Assembly (NCBI GenBank): GCA_965223265.1
Contig: OZ244999.1
Span: forward strand, 3,552,001-3,616,000
Length of the DNA: 64,000 nucleotides
Source: Planctomycetota bacterium
GTDB lineage: Bacteria > Planctomycetota > UBA8108 > SXIK01
Direction: 5' to 3'
This document shows positions 50,606 through 60,040 of the stretch, in pieces; the stretch's first letter is position 1; the number at the start of each line of letters is the position of its first letter. Both the position numbers and the translations under genes were made by a program. A model generated the notes under the pieces. It saw only the letters and a list, made by a program, of their open reading frames with translations, had not been told where the DNA came from and made no database searches.

Positions 50606-53122
50606 CTAACGTCGGTTCAGAAACGTCGATAACGTTCGGCGGAGAGCCGTTACGACATCCATGCGTCCGTCTCGATCGAGATCGATCAGAGCGAACACCG
50701 GAGCTACGCCGGTAACTCCTTCAGCCGGGAAAGCGAAGGATTGAGCATCCTCGAAGTCACCGAAACCAGTCCCGCGTGACAGCGTCAAATTCTTGTCGAA
50801 CGCCAGATCCCCGAATTGGAGGAAGTCCAGAGCACCGTCTGCGTCGACGTCCAGGAACTTCGTGTCGACTAGGGATTTCTTCACCGGGCTGCCGGTGGTG
50901 ATCCTCGAATAGTTGAAGTCTCTCTCGCCGAGTAGAGTGATCAGCGAACCGTCTCTGCCGTAGGCGATGTCGATCATTTCGTCGTTGTTTAGATCCACGC
51001 CCCCAAAAAACTGCGTGATTCTTTCGACTCGTACAAAAGTGAGGCGAGGAAAGTCGCCCGGGCCATCCGACCGAAAGATATGAAGGTGCCCGGAAGCGAG
51101 AATCAGCAACTCGTCCTGCCCCTGGCCATCGAGGTCTGACACGACGACGCCACCGATGTGAGCATTCGTGGAAATTGGGAGAGAGAGTGCTTGTACGGTG
51201 AGTGTTCCGTCACCTGCACCAAACAGGATCCACACCTGCTTCGCAGATGCCACGACGATATCCGTGAACGTGTCAGAATCGACATCACCGGCTACAGCAA
51301 GTCCTGGCTCGGGTTGGCGATCCGACACAAGAGCGAGCGTCGACCCGGCGGCTATCGTGCCGTCTCCCGAATTGAACAAAGTAGTGATTCCGGTCTCACC
51401 CACGACAACCAAGTCGGGACTCGAATCTTGATCGACGTCAGCGACGACAAACTTCTTGGGATGGTCATCCACCGCCAAGTCCTGGCTAGAAGAGAGATTG
51501 CCGTCACCTAAACTAAAAAACGTTCGAACCGACAAATTCGTCATGAGCACTAAATCGTCGAGTCCATCCCCGTCAAGGTCAACGGCCTCCAACTGCCGCG
51601 CGTAAGATCTGGGCTTGAAAGCGTCAAAGCGTTGATAGCTCCACGCAGGGTCGGCCACGGGTCCGAAGTCGATCGAGAACCCTCCACCTGCGTTGCCGAC
51701 GAGGTCCATATGGCCATCACCGTCGATGTCGACGACGGTGCCGGAACCGGTCACTGGACTGCGGCGGACAGGAAAGAATTCTCTCGGCCCGATCCGACTC
51801 AAGATGACACCGTCGTCGCCGAGTGTGACCAGTTCCTTCTGACCGTCTCCATCCATATCGACGGCGAACAATTGATCAAAATTGTCCGCAAATGTGGCTT
51901 CCTGATAGAGTCCCATGAATTCAAACTCCTCGTCCCTGCCGCCAACGAGCGCGCCCACGCTGCCCTCTTCGCTGAGAAGGACAATGTCAAGAACTCCGTC
52001 GCCGTCGATGTCTTCAGCCACCGACGCCAGAAACGATCCAGTCGGAATCTCGACGAGGTACATGGAACCCGCACCATCGTTGAAAAAAAGGAGTACGGCA
52101 CGGTCAACCACGAAGCTGATGTCGGTGCGTTCGTCGCCGTTGAAGTCAGCCGCGACGAGTCGGTCGCTCCCAATCTCTGGTGCAATGGCGCGCTCTTTCG
52201 TCGTTTTGAACACCAACGCCGGGCCGAACCCACCGGCGCCGTCACCGTTGACGACTACGACACCTTCCAAACGACCGACTTTCGAAGCAAAAACGAGGTC
52301 GAGATGGCCGTCATCGTTGATGTCAGCGGCAATTCCGGTTTTGAGTCTCCCCACGTCGTCAACGTCAAGCGGGTGAAAGTCGCCGGGACGAAAACCTCCG
52401 CTCTCGGGATCACGGCCATCGTTAAAAAAGATACGAAATCCGTTCTGAGACTCTCCCTCGATCTCTTCCGAGACCGAGACCAATTCGGATCGGTCGTCAC
52501 CATCGAGATCAGCGACAAAGAGCTGCCCTCGATTCATGACGATCCGCGGTTCGCTGAACACACCGCGTCCTTCTCCTAGGTAGACGGCGAAACGAAGAGA
52601 AGGGTCGTTGCGCACAACATCGATGCGACCGTCGCCGTTGAAGTCGCCTGTCATGATCGTCCTTGCGGAGATAGACGATCCAATGATCGGCATCGGCAGC
52701 AAGCTGTCTGCAGCAGGCAATTCTGGACACGCGAACGCGGCGTCACTTGGGCGATACTCGACGCAGTCGAGACCGTCCCCGCTCGCGGTGTCGCGACCGC
52801 ATTGCGTGATTCCCGGCGCCGGCAACTCTGGGCCACTGGCGAAAAGATGCCGCAGCAGAAAGATGGCATCGGAAAGGTCGAGATGACCGCTGTCATCGGC
52901 ATCGAGCGCGTCTCGACACGGCACGTCGCCCATGCCCAGAAACAGCGCACTCAGAATGCGCACGCCGTCGGCAAGGTCGACAATGCCGTCGACGTTGGCG
53001 TCGCCGCGGCGAAACGGCTCTTGAGTGAACGCGAACTCCGGGCTGCCGAGAAGGACCAAGGCCACTATTGGCACTACAGCAAAGCGCCTGCGGTTCACGG
53101 CGCTGAAAGTCTGAATGCGCAT
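50606..53122 (-). CDS. FG-GAP/VCBS repeat protein with N-terminal dockerin-like module
   Basis: GGAGG before ATG 53122; FRRGDANVDG...C.DA.DADDSG.LDLSDAI.LL..LF followed by many D-x-[DN]-x-D-G-x-x-D repeats. Confidence 0.88.
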   Translation of the reverse strand: MRIQTFSAVNRRRFAVVPIVALVLLGSPEFAFTQEPFRRGDANVDGIVDLADGVRILSALFLGMGDVPCRDALDADDSGHLDLSDAIFLLRHLFASGPELPAPGITQCGRDTASGDGLDCVEYRPSDAAFACPELPAADSLLPMPIIGSSISARTIMTGDFNGDGRIDVVRNDPSLRFAVYLGEGRGVFSEPRIVMNRGQLFVADLDGDDRSELVSVSEEIEGESQNGFRIFFNDGRDPESGGFRPGDFHPLDVDDVGRLKTGIAADINDDGHLDLVFASKVGRLEGVVVVNGDGAGGFGPALVFKTTKERAIAPEIGSDRLVAADFNGDERTDISFVVDRAVLLFFNDGAGSMYLVEIPTGSFLASVAEDIDGDGVLDIVLLSEEGSVGALVGGRDEEFEFMGLYQEATFADNFDQLFAVDMDGDGQKELVTLGDDGVILSRIGPREFFPVRRSPVTGSGTVVDIDGDGHMDLVGNAGGGFSIDFGPVADPAWSYQRFDAFKPRSYARQLEAVDLDGDGLDDLVLMTNLSVRTFFSLGDGNLSSSQDLAVDDHPKKFVVADVDQDSSPDLVVVGETGITTLFNSGDGTIAAGSTLALVSDRQPEPGLAVAGDVDSDTFTDIVVASAKQVWILFGAGDGTLTVQALSLPISTNAHIGGVVVSDLDGQGQDELLILASGHLHIFRSDGPGDFPRLTFVRVERITQFFGGVDLNNDEMIDIAYGRDGSLITLLGERDFNYSRITTGSPVKKSLVDTKFLDVDADGALDFLQFGDLAFDKNLTLSRGTGFGDFEDAQSFAFPAEGVTGVAPVFALIDLDRDGRMDVVTALRRTLSTFLNRR

Positions 53123-53222
53123 GGAAACCTCCATTTCTCCGGAAAAGTCTCGACCGCTTCACGCGAAGAGCTCAGCGAAGACGCGAAGGATCGAACGTGC
53201 ACCCTTTTCTCCAATCTCAAGG

Positions 53223-53335
53223 TTATTCCGTCCTTTGGCGTCGGTTGATGAACGTCGCGATCGACTCTCTCTCAAGGGCCGTGATGACGTCGATCTGGCC
53301 GTTTCCATCCAGATCTCCGAGAGCCATCGCTGGAC
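53223..53335 (-). pseudogene. 3' remnant of an FG-GAP paralog
   Basis: PAMALGDLDGNGQIDVITALERESIATFINRR aligns with the C-terminus PVFALIDLDRDGRMDVVTALRRTLSTFLNRR of the adjacent gene. Confidence 0.65.
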
Positions 53336-53607
53336 GAAGAGTGAACACACGCGCACCGCACAACCAACCGCCGTAGCAGCCGTGCCGGCGCCGCAAAAGC
53401 TCTAGATTGCGGGAAGATCCGAGCAGCTCCATGAGCGCTCCTTCCCCACACCAATCCAACCGCCCTCTCGCCTACCCGAGCGAAGGAAATTCCGTTAACA
53501 CTCAGGGTAGACCTACACCGTGCTCGCACCAAGAACAAACTGGCGCGGATTTTTCCGGCAGCGCGTCTGCGTGGCCACGCGCGCGTCGCCTTGCTGGCGC
53601 TCCCTTT

Positions 53608-54162
53608 TTAGATAAATAGCGACACGCCCGACTGTTGCGCATCGGCGAGGCAGGCCGTCGCACCACCGAACTCGACGCCGCCCCTCAGCTCGTCGGCAGC
53701 GATCCCCATCAGTTCCATCGACGTCTGACAGGCGACGAAGCGAACGCCCATCTGCTGACACAGCTCGATGAGCTCCGGCAAACCTTGCACGTTGCGCCTC
53801 TTCATGAGCGTTTTGAAGAACGCCGGCCCAATGCCGCCCATGTTCATCTTCGAAGTGCCAAGCCGGTGCGGCCCCGACGGCAGCATGAGCGCGAGAGCTT
53901 TCTCCAGAAAGGACTTCTTCCTCAGGGACCTGCCTTTTCTCAGGACAGAGAGACCCCAAAAGGTGAAGAAGACGCTCACCCGAGAACCCGACGCTGCAGC
54001 AGAAAGCGCCAAGGTGAAGGCGGCCATAGCGCGGTCGAAGTCGCCGCTGAAGAGAACGAGCGTGACCGGCTCCGGCGTCTTGTGGGACGAACCGGAGGTG
54101 GAACCGGGATCTGTGTCTGCTTTTGTTCTCGTCGCTTCACAAGCGTCCGTGGGATGTGACAT
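53608..54162 (-). CDS. DsrE/DsrF/DrsH-like (DsrE2) sulfur relay protein
   Basis: LVLFSGDFDRA.AAF..A..AAA.G..V.VFFTFWGL, SKMNMGGIG and ACQTSMELMG. Confidence 0.9.
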   Translation of the reverse strand: MSHPTDACEATRTKADTDPGSTSGSSHKTPEPVTLVLFSGDFDRAMAAFTLALSAAASGSRVSVFFTFWGLSVLRKGRSLRKKSFLEKALALMLPSGPHRLGTSKMNMGGIGPAFFKTLMKRRNVQGLPELIELCQQMGVRFVACQTSMELMGIAADELRGGVEFGGATACLADAQQSGVSLFI

Positions 54163-54178
54163 GAGTCTCCGTTGTCGT

Positions 54179-54406
54179 CTACCTTCGCGTTTTCTTGATA
54201 AGCGCTCGTTTCACATCACCATCTTCGAAATGTTGTAGATGGTTCCCGGTCATCGAAGCCCAAGCCTTGATGTCTGCTTCGAATGCCGGATCCGTGGCCT
54301 CGACTAGAAGAGTCTGGTCTGAGTCGAGACCTGCGATCGCTTTGCTCACCTTAACAATCGGAAGAGGGCATTTGAGAGAAGTGCAGTCAAGAGTGTGATT
54401 AGCCAT
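54179..54406 (-). CDS. tusA: TusA family sulfurtransferase
   Basis: LDCTSLKCPLPIVK (CPxP), ATDP.F..DI.AW...GN; 75 aa from ATG 54406. Confidence 0.9.
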   Translation of the reverse strand: MANHTLDCTSLKCPLPIVKVSKAIAGLDSDQTLLVEATDPAFEADIKAWASMTGNHLQHFEDGDVKRALIKKTRR

Positions 54407-54764
54407 GCATTCAGTCTTCGTCAGTCGTTGTTTTCGTTCGAGGAATTCAACGGGCTGTGTTAGAGCCACGGCGGTCTTGTGCCCAGACGGTGGCGATAAC
54501 GCTCCCTTTTCAGGAGATCGTTTCCTTGTTTCTCCTATCGCTTTACATCCCCAAGAATCTTCAATCTCGATCGATAGGAAGGCCGACGAAGAAATGAAGC
54601 GATGAGGATCACCCAGAAGTGACGCTGGATCTCTCATGTTCCGCTCAAGAGAGACTTCACGCTGGGCCGGTAAAGGGCTCTTGCACAGCGGCATCGTCGT
54701 CACACGTCGACGACGGCTTTCAACTGCGGCGAGACGATCGAACCGCCGCTTCTACAGAGAACAC

Positions 54765-56171
54765 ATGACGCCACGGGAAATCTCCTTCGCACGGCTATTT
54801 CAGCTGCTTTCCTCCTTGCCAGCGCCGCAGCGAGAACCGCTGGAGGCTGAACTCTTGGCTGTGCAAGCTCAAGTCAAGGCGACTCTGAAAGATTTCGATC
54901 TCGTCTCCCAATCGCAAGCGGAGGCCATCGTCCGCTCGACGCAGATCATGGAAGAACTAGAAGAAGCACAGCAGAAAGCCGAGTGCGCTAGTGAGACGAA
55001 AAGCGCGTTTTTGGCGAACATGAGCCATGAGATCCGCACTCCCATGCATGGCGTGATCGGCACGATTCGACTCCTCCTCGATTCCGGCCTTGAGCCTCGT
55101 CAGCGCCGATTGGCCGAGGCGGCACGATCGTCCGCAGACATCTTGTTGGCGCTACTGAACGACATTCTTGACTTCTCCAAGATCGAATCTGGAAAGCTCG
55201 AACTCGAACTCGTCGAATGCGAGCTCCAACCAGTGGTCGAAGACTTAATGAATGGGTTCACCCCTCTGGCCATCGACAAGGGGCTTTGCCTGGAAACTCG
55301 ATTCGCCCCGAGTCTGCCGCAGACCGTGCTCGTCGACCCGCTACGGATTCGACAAGTCCTCGGCAACCTCTTGGGCAACGCCATCAAATTCACGGAGTCG
55401 GGGACGATCTGTGTGCGCGCCTCGTGTGCCTCCGGCGATAAGCTTGGGGAGAACGCCATCGAAATCTCCGTCCAAGACACAGGTTGTGGCATTTCGCCCG
55501 ACAACCTCTCACGTCTCTTCGAATCCTTCTCACAAGAGGACAGCTCGATCTCTCGGCGCTTTGGTGGTTCCGGGCTTGGTCTAGCGATCGCCAAGAGTCT
55601 CGTCGAGCTCATGGGCGGTAGGATCTCCGTCTCGAGCCAAGTCGGTGAAGGTTCCGTGTTCTCGGTCGTGATCCCTGCCACCTTGCTGCCGGCTCAGAGC
55701 GCTCGGACTTCTCCGCCTCTGACGGATCAGAGACTCGACCACAACGAGATCGACCAGACAGCGTTCGGCACGACCGACGACAGCCGCGTTCTCCTCGTCG
55801 AGGACCAAGAAATCAACCGCCTCGTCACCGTCGAGGTGCTGGCTGCAGCGGGCATCGAGTGTGACGCCGTCGACTCCGGCGCGGCCGCGCTCGAGAAGCT
55901 GACGGCAGAGACCTACGATTTGGTCCTCATGGACTGTCAGATGCCGGGCGTCAACGGCTTCGATACAACGCGGGAAATCCGCCGCCGGGAATCTGCGGAC
56001 CCAGATGCGGTGGCGATCCCAATCATTGCGATTACAGCCAGCGCGATGAAGAGCGATCGAGAGGAGTGCTTGCGAGCCGGGATGGACGACTACATGACGA
56101 AGCCGTTCGACCCAAACCACCTGATTGCCTTGGTGCGTCGGTATCTGGTGCGGACCTGTACCGATGCGTAA
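54765..56171 (+). CDS. Cytoplasmic hybrid histidine kinase (HisKA-HATPase-REC) with no recognisable sensor domain
   Basis: [13 protein letters not shown]-box, [30 protein letters not shown] and KPF; no TM or PAS/GAF upstream. Confidence 0.92.
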   Translation: MTPREISFARLFQLLSSLPAPQREPLEAELLAVQAQVKATLKDFDLVSQSQAEAIVRSTQIMEELEEAQQKAECASETKSAFLANMSHEIRTPMHGVIGTIRLLLDSGLEPRQRRLAEAARSSADILLALLNDILDFSKIESGKLELELVECELQPVVEDLMNGFTPLAIDKGLCLETRFAPSLPQTVLVDPLRIRQVLGNLLGNAIKFTESGTICVRASCASGDKLGENAIEISVQDTGCGISPDNLSRLFESFSQEDSSISRRFGGSGLGLAIAKSLVELMGGRISVSSQVGEGSVFSVVIPATLLPAQSARTSPPLTDQRLDHNEIDQTAFGTTDDSRVLLVEDQEINRLVTVEVLAAAGIECDAVDSGAAALEKLTAETYDLVLMDCQMPGVNGFDTTREIRRRESADPDAVAIPIIAITASAMKSDREECLRAGMDDYMTKPFDPNHLIALVRRYLVRTCTDA

Positions 56172-56230
56172 GCTCGGGGCGCTCGCAGCTTGATCGTCTG
56201 CAGAGCGGTCCGACTGGAGTCCTAAAGAGC

Positions 56231-56866
56231 TCAAACCCAAGCGTCGGTGGGTAGTACGTACGCCATGACCGCGACATAGTGGCAAACGCTCCCGGCGAGA
56301 ACGAACAAGTGCCACGCCGCGTGCATGTAGGCGCGGTGACTCAACGCGTAGAAGATCACTCCACTGGTGTAGAACACCCCGCCGGCGAGAATCCAAACGA
56401 TACAGCCAATCGGGAATTGCGTCAGGATCGGATAGACCGCGACGAGCGCCAGCCACCCCATGAGGATGTAGGCGGCTGTCGAAATCACCTCGTAGCGACC
56501 GGTCCAGAAGACCTTGAAGCTGATTCCGGCGAGGGCGAACCCCCACACGAGCCCGAAGAGAGTCCAGCCCCACGCACCACGCATCATGACGAGAGTGAAC
56601 GGTGTGTAGGTTCCCGCGATGAGGAGATAAATGCAAGCGTGGTCAAGGATGCGTAGGAGTTTCTTCCAACGCGGTGTCACGACTGCGTGATAGAACGTCG
56701 ACGCACCGTAGAGGATGATCACCGCGGCAGCATAAACGCTGCAGCTGACAATGTGCCAAGCGTTCCCATGACGCGCAGCCATGACCACGAGCGCGGGCAT
56801 GCCCACGAACGCGAGCAGGAGCCCAAGGCCGTGCGTCGCGGTGTTGGCGATCTCCTCCCGAGGCAA
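56231..56866 (-). CDS. Hemolysin III (PAQR/TrhA-like) membrane protein
   Basis: EEIAN..THG, STFYH, LDH..IYLLIAGTYTP and HAAWHLFV...H. Confidence 0.93.
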   Translation of the reverse strand: MPREEIANTATHGLGLLLAFVGMPALVVMAARHGNAWHIVSCSVYAAAVIILYGASTFYHAVVTPRWKKLLRILDHACIYLLIAGTYTPFTLVMMRGAWGWTLFGLVWGFALAGISFKVFWTGRYEVISTAAYILMGWLALVAVYPILTQFPIGCIVWILAGGVFYTSGVIFYALSHRAYMHAAWHLFVLAGSVCHYVAVMAYVLPTDAWV

Positions 56867-57154
56867 TCTGCCGCGTCGCGTCTTTGTTCTCTCTACCAGG
56901 TCGATGATGTCCTCCGTCTGACTCTTGATACGGCTTCTGACTTGTCGGGTCGTCGCACGCTCGACTGGTTGTCAGTGAGCCACACGATGATGATAGAACC
57001 AAAACCGTTGGTGCGCCAATCACTCCATTTCCGCTCGTCTCTCTTACACATCTCTTCAATTGCTGCTGGCCCCAGGGCGTCCGAGAATCGTGCTACGCCG
57101 GAACGCGATCGAACCTGGAGTGCATGTCGTGATGACCGCGCGTTCAACACTCTG

Positions 57155-58207
57155 TCAAACGATCCGCGCGCCGCCGAGACAAATCTCACCGTCGTAGAAG
57201 ATCGAGAACTGCCCCGGCGTCACGCCGGCATCGGGTTCGTCCAGTTCTACCGCGAAGCCGCACGCATCGAGTCCGAAGATCCTACAGCCTACAACTTGTG
57301 GCGAATGACGCAGTTTTGTGGTCAAGCGATGCGTTTGCGGTGGGGCAGTGATCCAGTGCGCATCGACGACCCTAAAACGGTCCCGCTGTGCGCTGCGCAG
57401 ATCGTCCGCATGCGAGACATAGACGACATTATCTCCCACGTCCTTGTCCACGACGTACCAAGGCCCTTGCGACAGCCCGAGTCCCTTGCGCTGCCCGATC
57501 GTGTGGAACCAATAGCCTCGGTGCTCGCCAAGTTTACGGCCGCTACTGCGTTCGACGATGGCACCTGTGCGTTCTCCAAGGTGAAAACGGACGAAGTCGT
57601 TGAACTTGATCTTGCCGAGAAAGCAGATTCCTTGACTGTCGTCGCGCTCGGCAGTCGTGAGTTCGTACCTTGCCGCCAACTCACGCACCCGACTCTTCTC
57701 AAGGTGGCCGATCGGAAACATCGCCCGGGCCAACTGCTCCTGGCTCAGGTGCGACAGGAAGTAGGTCTGGTCCTTCACGGGGTCGATCCCCTTAAGGAGG
57801 TAGAAAAGACCGTCGCGCGCAACGATGCGCCCATAGTGCCCGGTAGCGATGGTGTCAAAGGACGAGCCGATTGACTCGACGAAGGCGCCGAACTTGACGC
57901 GCTGATTGCAAAAGATATCCGGACTTGGCGTATGGCCACGTCGCAACTCCTGGACAGCGTACGACACTACGCGCGCGTAGTAGTCCTGCTGCAGCGGTAC
58001 CACCTCGAGCGGCACACCGAAGCGCGCACACACTGATCGTGCGAAACGAAGATCCTCCTCCCAAGGACAGTCACCCAAGTAGGAGAGTTCATCTTCCAGC
58101 CAGATCTTTAGATAGAACGCGGTCAAATCGCGCTCACCGGCCTCGACGAGTTGAGACAGCGCCACGGAACTATCGACTCCCCCGGAGAGGAGAACTGCGG
58201 TCGTCAC
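57155..58207 (-). CDS. mnmA: tRNA-specific 2-thiouridylase
   Basis: SGGVDS PP-loop, PDIFCN, ATGHY, KDQTYFL, DSQGICF, TIGQRKG and PGQ. Confidence 0.97.
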   Translation of the reverse strand: MTTAVLLSGGVDSSVALSQLVEAGERDLTAFYLKIWLEDELSYLGDCPWEEDLRFARSVCARFGVPLEVVPLQQDYYARVVSYAVQELRRGHTPSPDIFCNQRVKFGAFVESIGSSFDTIATGHYGRIVARDGLFYLLKGIDPVKDQTYFLSHLSQEQLARAMFPIGHLEKSRVRELAARYELTTAERDDSQGICFLGKIKFNDFVRFHLGERTGAIVERSSGRKLGEHRGYWFHTIGQRKGLGLSQGPWYVVDKDVGDNVVYVSHADDLRSAQRDRFRVVDAHWITAPPQTHRLTTKLRHSPQVVGCRIFGLDACGFAVELDEPDAGVTPGQFSIFYDGEICLGGARIV

Positions 58208-58545
58208 GGCTTCGGTGGACTCCCAGCAAGGTGGTGAAGACCTGCGGACGCGAGCATCCGAGGTGGCGAATCAAGTCGCCCAGTATAACAGCCCTATTGA
58301 AAGAGTGCTTCGAGCCGAGAAACTGGCCGTCTTCTTTCTCCGATGGCTGCCGCGATTCGCGCGTCCGACTCCAACTAGGCCGATGGAATTCGCGACGAGA
58401 CCCTCTGCGAATTCATTCAGCAAAGTGCCCAGTGGTTGTTGACCAGCTCGCTGAGGCTGTCAACTGATCGATTCATGTAACGGCTCTGGCACCCAAACGC
58501 GACACGACGGCGAGCACGACTACTCGGCAGAGAAAGCTCGGCACT

Positions 58546-58770
58546 CTACGACTCGTTTCCAGAAACCTCGCGCTCAAAAATCAGCTCGAAGTACCGTGAG
58601 GCGCCGTAAACACCGAGGCTGGGGGCAAATACCTGGACCAGACGCCAACCTTCTTTCGCGTGCCGGTGCACCACGTCCTGGTACCCTGCCAGTGCTGACC
58701 TGCGTACAATAAACCAGCCTTTGCCAAGGCGAACAAACTTGTACTCGTATCTGGGGTGCACGTTAGTCAA
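58546..58770 (-). CDS. DUF4177-like small protein
   Basis: YEYKFV...AKEGWRLVQ...LIFER pattern. Confidence 0.75.
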   Translation of the reverse strand: MTNVHPRYEYKFVRLGKGWFIVRRSALAGYQDVVHRHAKEGWRLVQVFAPSLGVYGASRYFELIFEREVSGNES

Positions 58771-58884
58771 CTCAAGCCTGATGATTCAACATCCACGCCG
58801 GCATACCTGCGACCCGCGGAGGCAGAGCGCAAGCAAGCGCGGAGTTCCTGAAGTCCATAGTGTAGTTCCCGGTTGCGCAGCATC

Positions 58885-59946
58885 ATGACTCGAAAACCGA
58901 AACAACATCGTGTTTCCGAACTGTTGGTCTGGCGTCGAAAAGTCCGCAGCGCACGGCACGGATTTCTTCCGCCGTCAAATTCCAGGCCGAATCCACTGCT
59001 CCACGATTGTCTGGTGATCTCGTCGATTTTCTGTCCAGGTGCGGTCGTGGCGATGGAGCGTGATAGTGGGCAGCCACGCTGGAGGTTTTGTCCGGGAAGA
59101 TTCGCCGGAGATTCCGCCTTTGCGTTCGGCAACCATCTGCTTGTCAAGAGCTCCAGAGCCGTCTATTGCCTGGACCCTTCGACTGGTAAGGTCATCTGGC
59201 AGTTTGAGCCTTATCGAGAAGACGGTGAGTGGGTCTATTCCGCTCCGATCGGCTACCGGCGAAGCGTTTTCGTCGGCGACCGCAGGGGTTTTCTTCACTG
59301 CCTTGAGACGCACAGTGGACGAGTACTCTGGAGCAAGAAGCTCTCTCGGGCCAAGAACAATCAGCTCAACGGGACACCGTGTATTCACGCCGGCCAACTG
59401 CTGGTACCCACCAATGCCAGAAGCATCGTGAGTATGAACCCGACGACGGGAGAAGTGCTCTGGCGCTGCAGTATCGACGAGCCCTGCATTTACGAGGTCC
59501 AGCTCTTTCGTAGACAGCTGGTTGTTCACACCAGCCGGACTCTCTATCAAGTGAGTCCGTCGGACGGGAGTATCGTCAAGTCCTGGCAGTGGAAAGACGA
59601 AATGATTCGCTGTGTTGCCGTCACGAGACGTCACCTCATGGTCGTACATGGCCGGACTGCGAGCGGCTGCGACGAATCAAGAGAGCCTCAAGATGTAGCT
59701 ATGCGGATCACCGCGGTCACGCCGAACTCAACCCTTCACGAAGCATCCTGTTCCGAGCTCTTCATCGGCATGCGCCAGGACGCAAGCACGGGACTCGAGG
59801 TCATAGACCCCGTAACCGGCGACCATCTCCACCACATTAACTTCAGGGGGCGCGGCGGTGCCGGAGTCACGCTTCCTGCCCTGAGCGAGGGCGTCCTTTT
59901 CGTCTTAGACGACAGGGGGAACGTCTATGCCTTGCGACATCCGTAG
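58885..59946 (+). CDS. PQQ-like beta-propeller repeat protein without signal peptide
   Basis: Repeated CLDP.TGKVIW, LETHSGRVLW and MNPTTGEVLW; terminal GNVYAL. Confidence 0.7.
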   Translation: MTRKPKQHRVSELLVWRRKVRSARHGFLPPSNSRPNPLLHDCLVISSIFCPGAVVAMERDSGQPRWRFCPGRFAGDSAFAFGNHLLVKSSRAVYCLDPSTGKVIWQFEPYREDGEWVYSAPIGYRRSVFVGDRRGFLHCLETHSGRVLWSKKLSRAKNNQLNGTPCIHAGQLLVPTNARSIVSMNPTTGEVLWRCSIDEPCIYEVQLFRRQLVVHTSRTLYQVSPSDGSIVKSWQWKDEMIRCVAVTRRHLMVVHGRTASGCDESREPQDVAMRITAVTPNSTLHEASCSELFIGMRQDASTGLEVIDPVTGDHLHHINFRGRGGAGVTLPALSEGVLFVLDDRGNVYALRHP

Positions 59947-60040
59947 AGATTCTCTCCCAGATGCAGCTCATGATCGCTTCGGTCGTGACCACTGGGCCGA
60001 GATGTGTGCGGCAGATGCACCGCCCGTGACGCGCTCCGCC

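Noticed and set aside
53608-54406. Selenocysteine recoding in tusA/dsrE
   Set aside because: The catalytic positions are ordinary Cys codons and the genes end in TAG/TAA.
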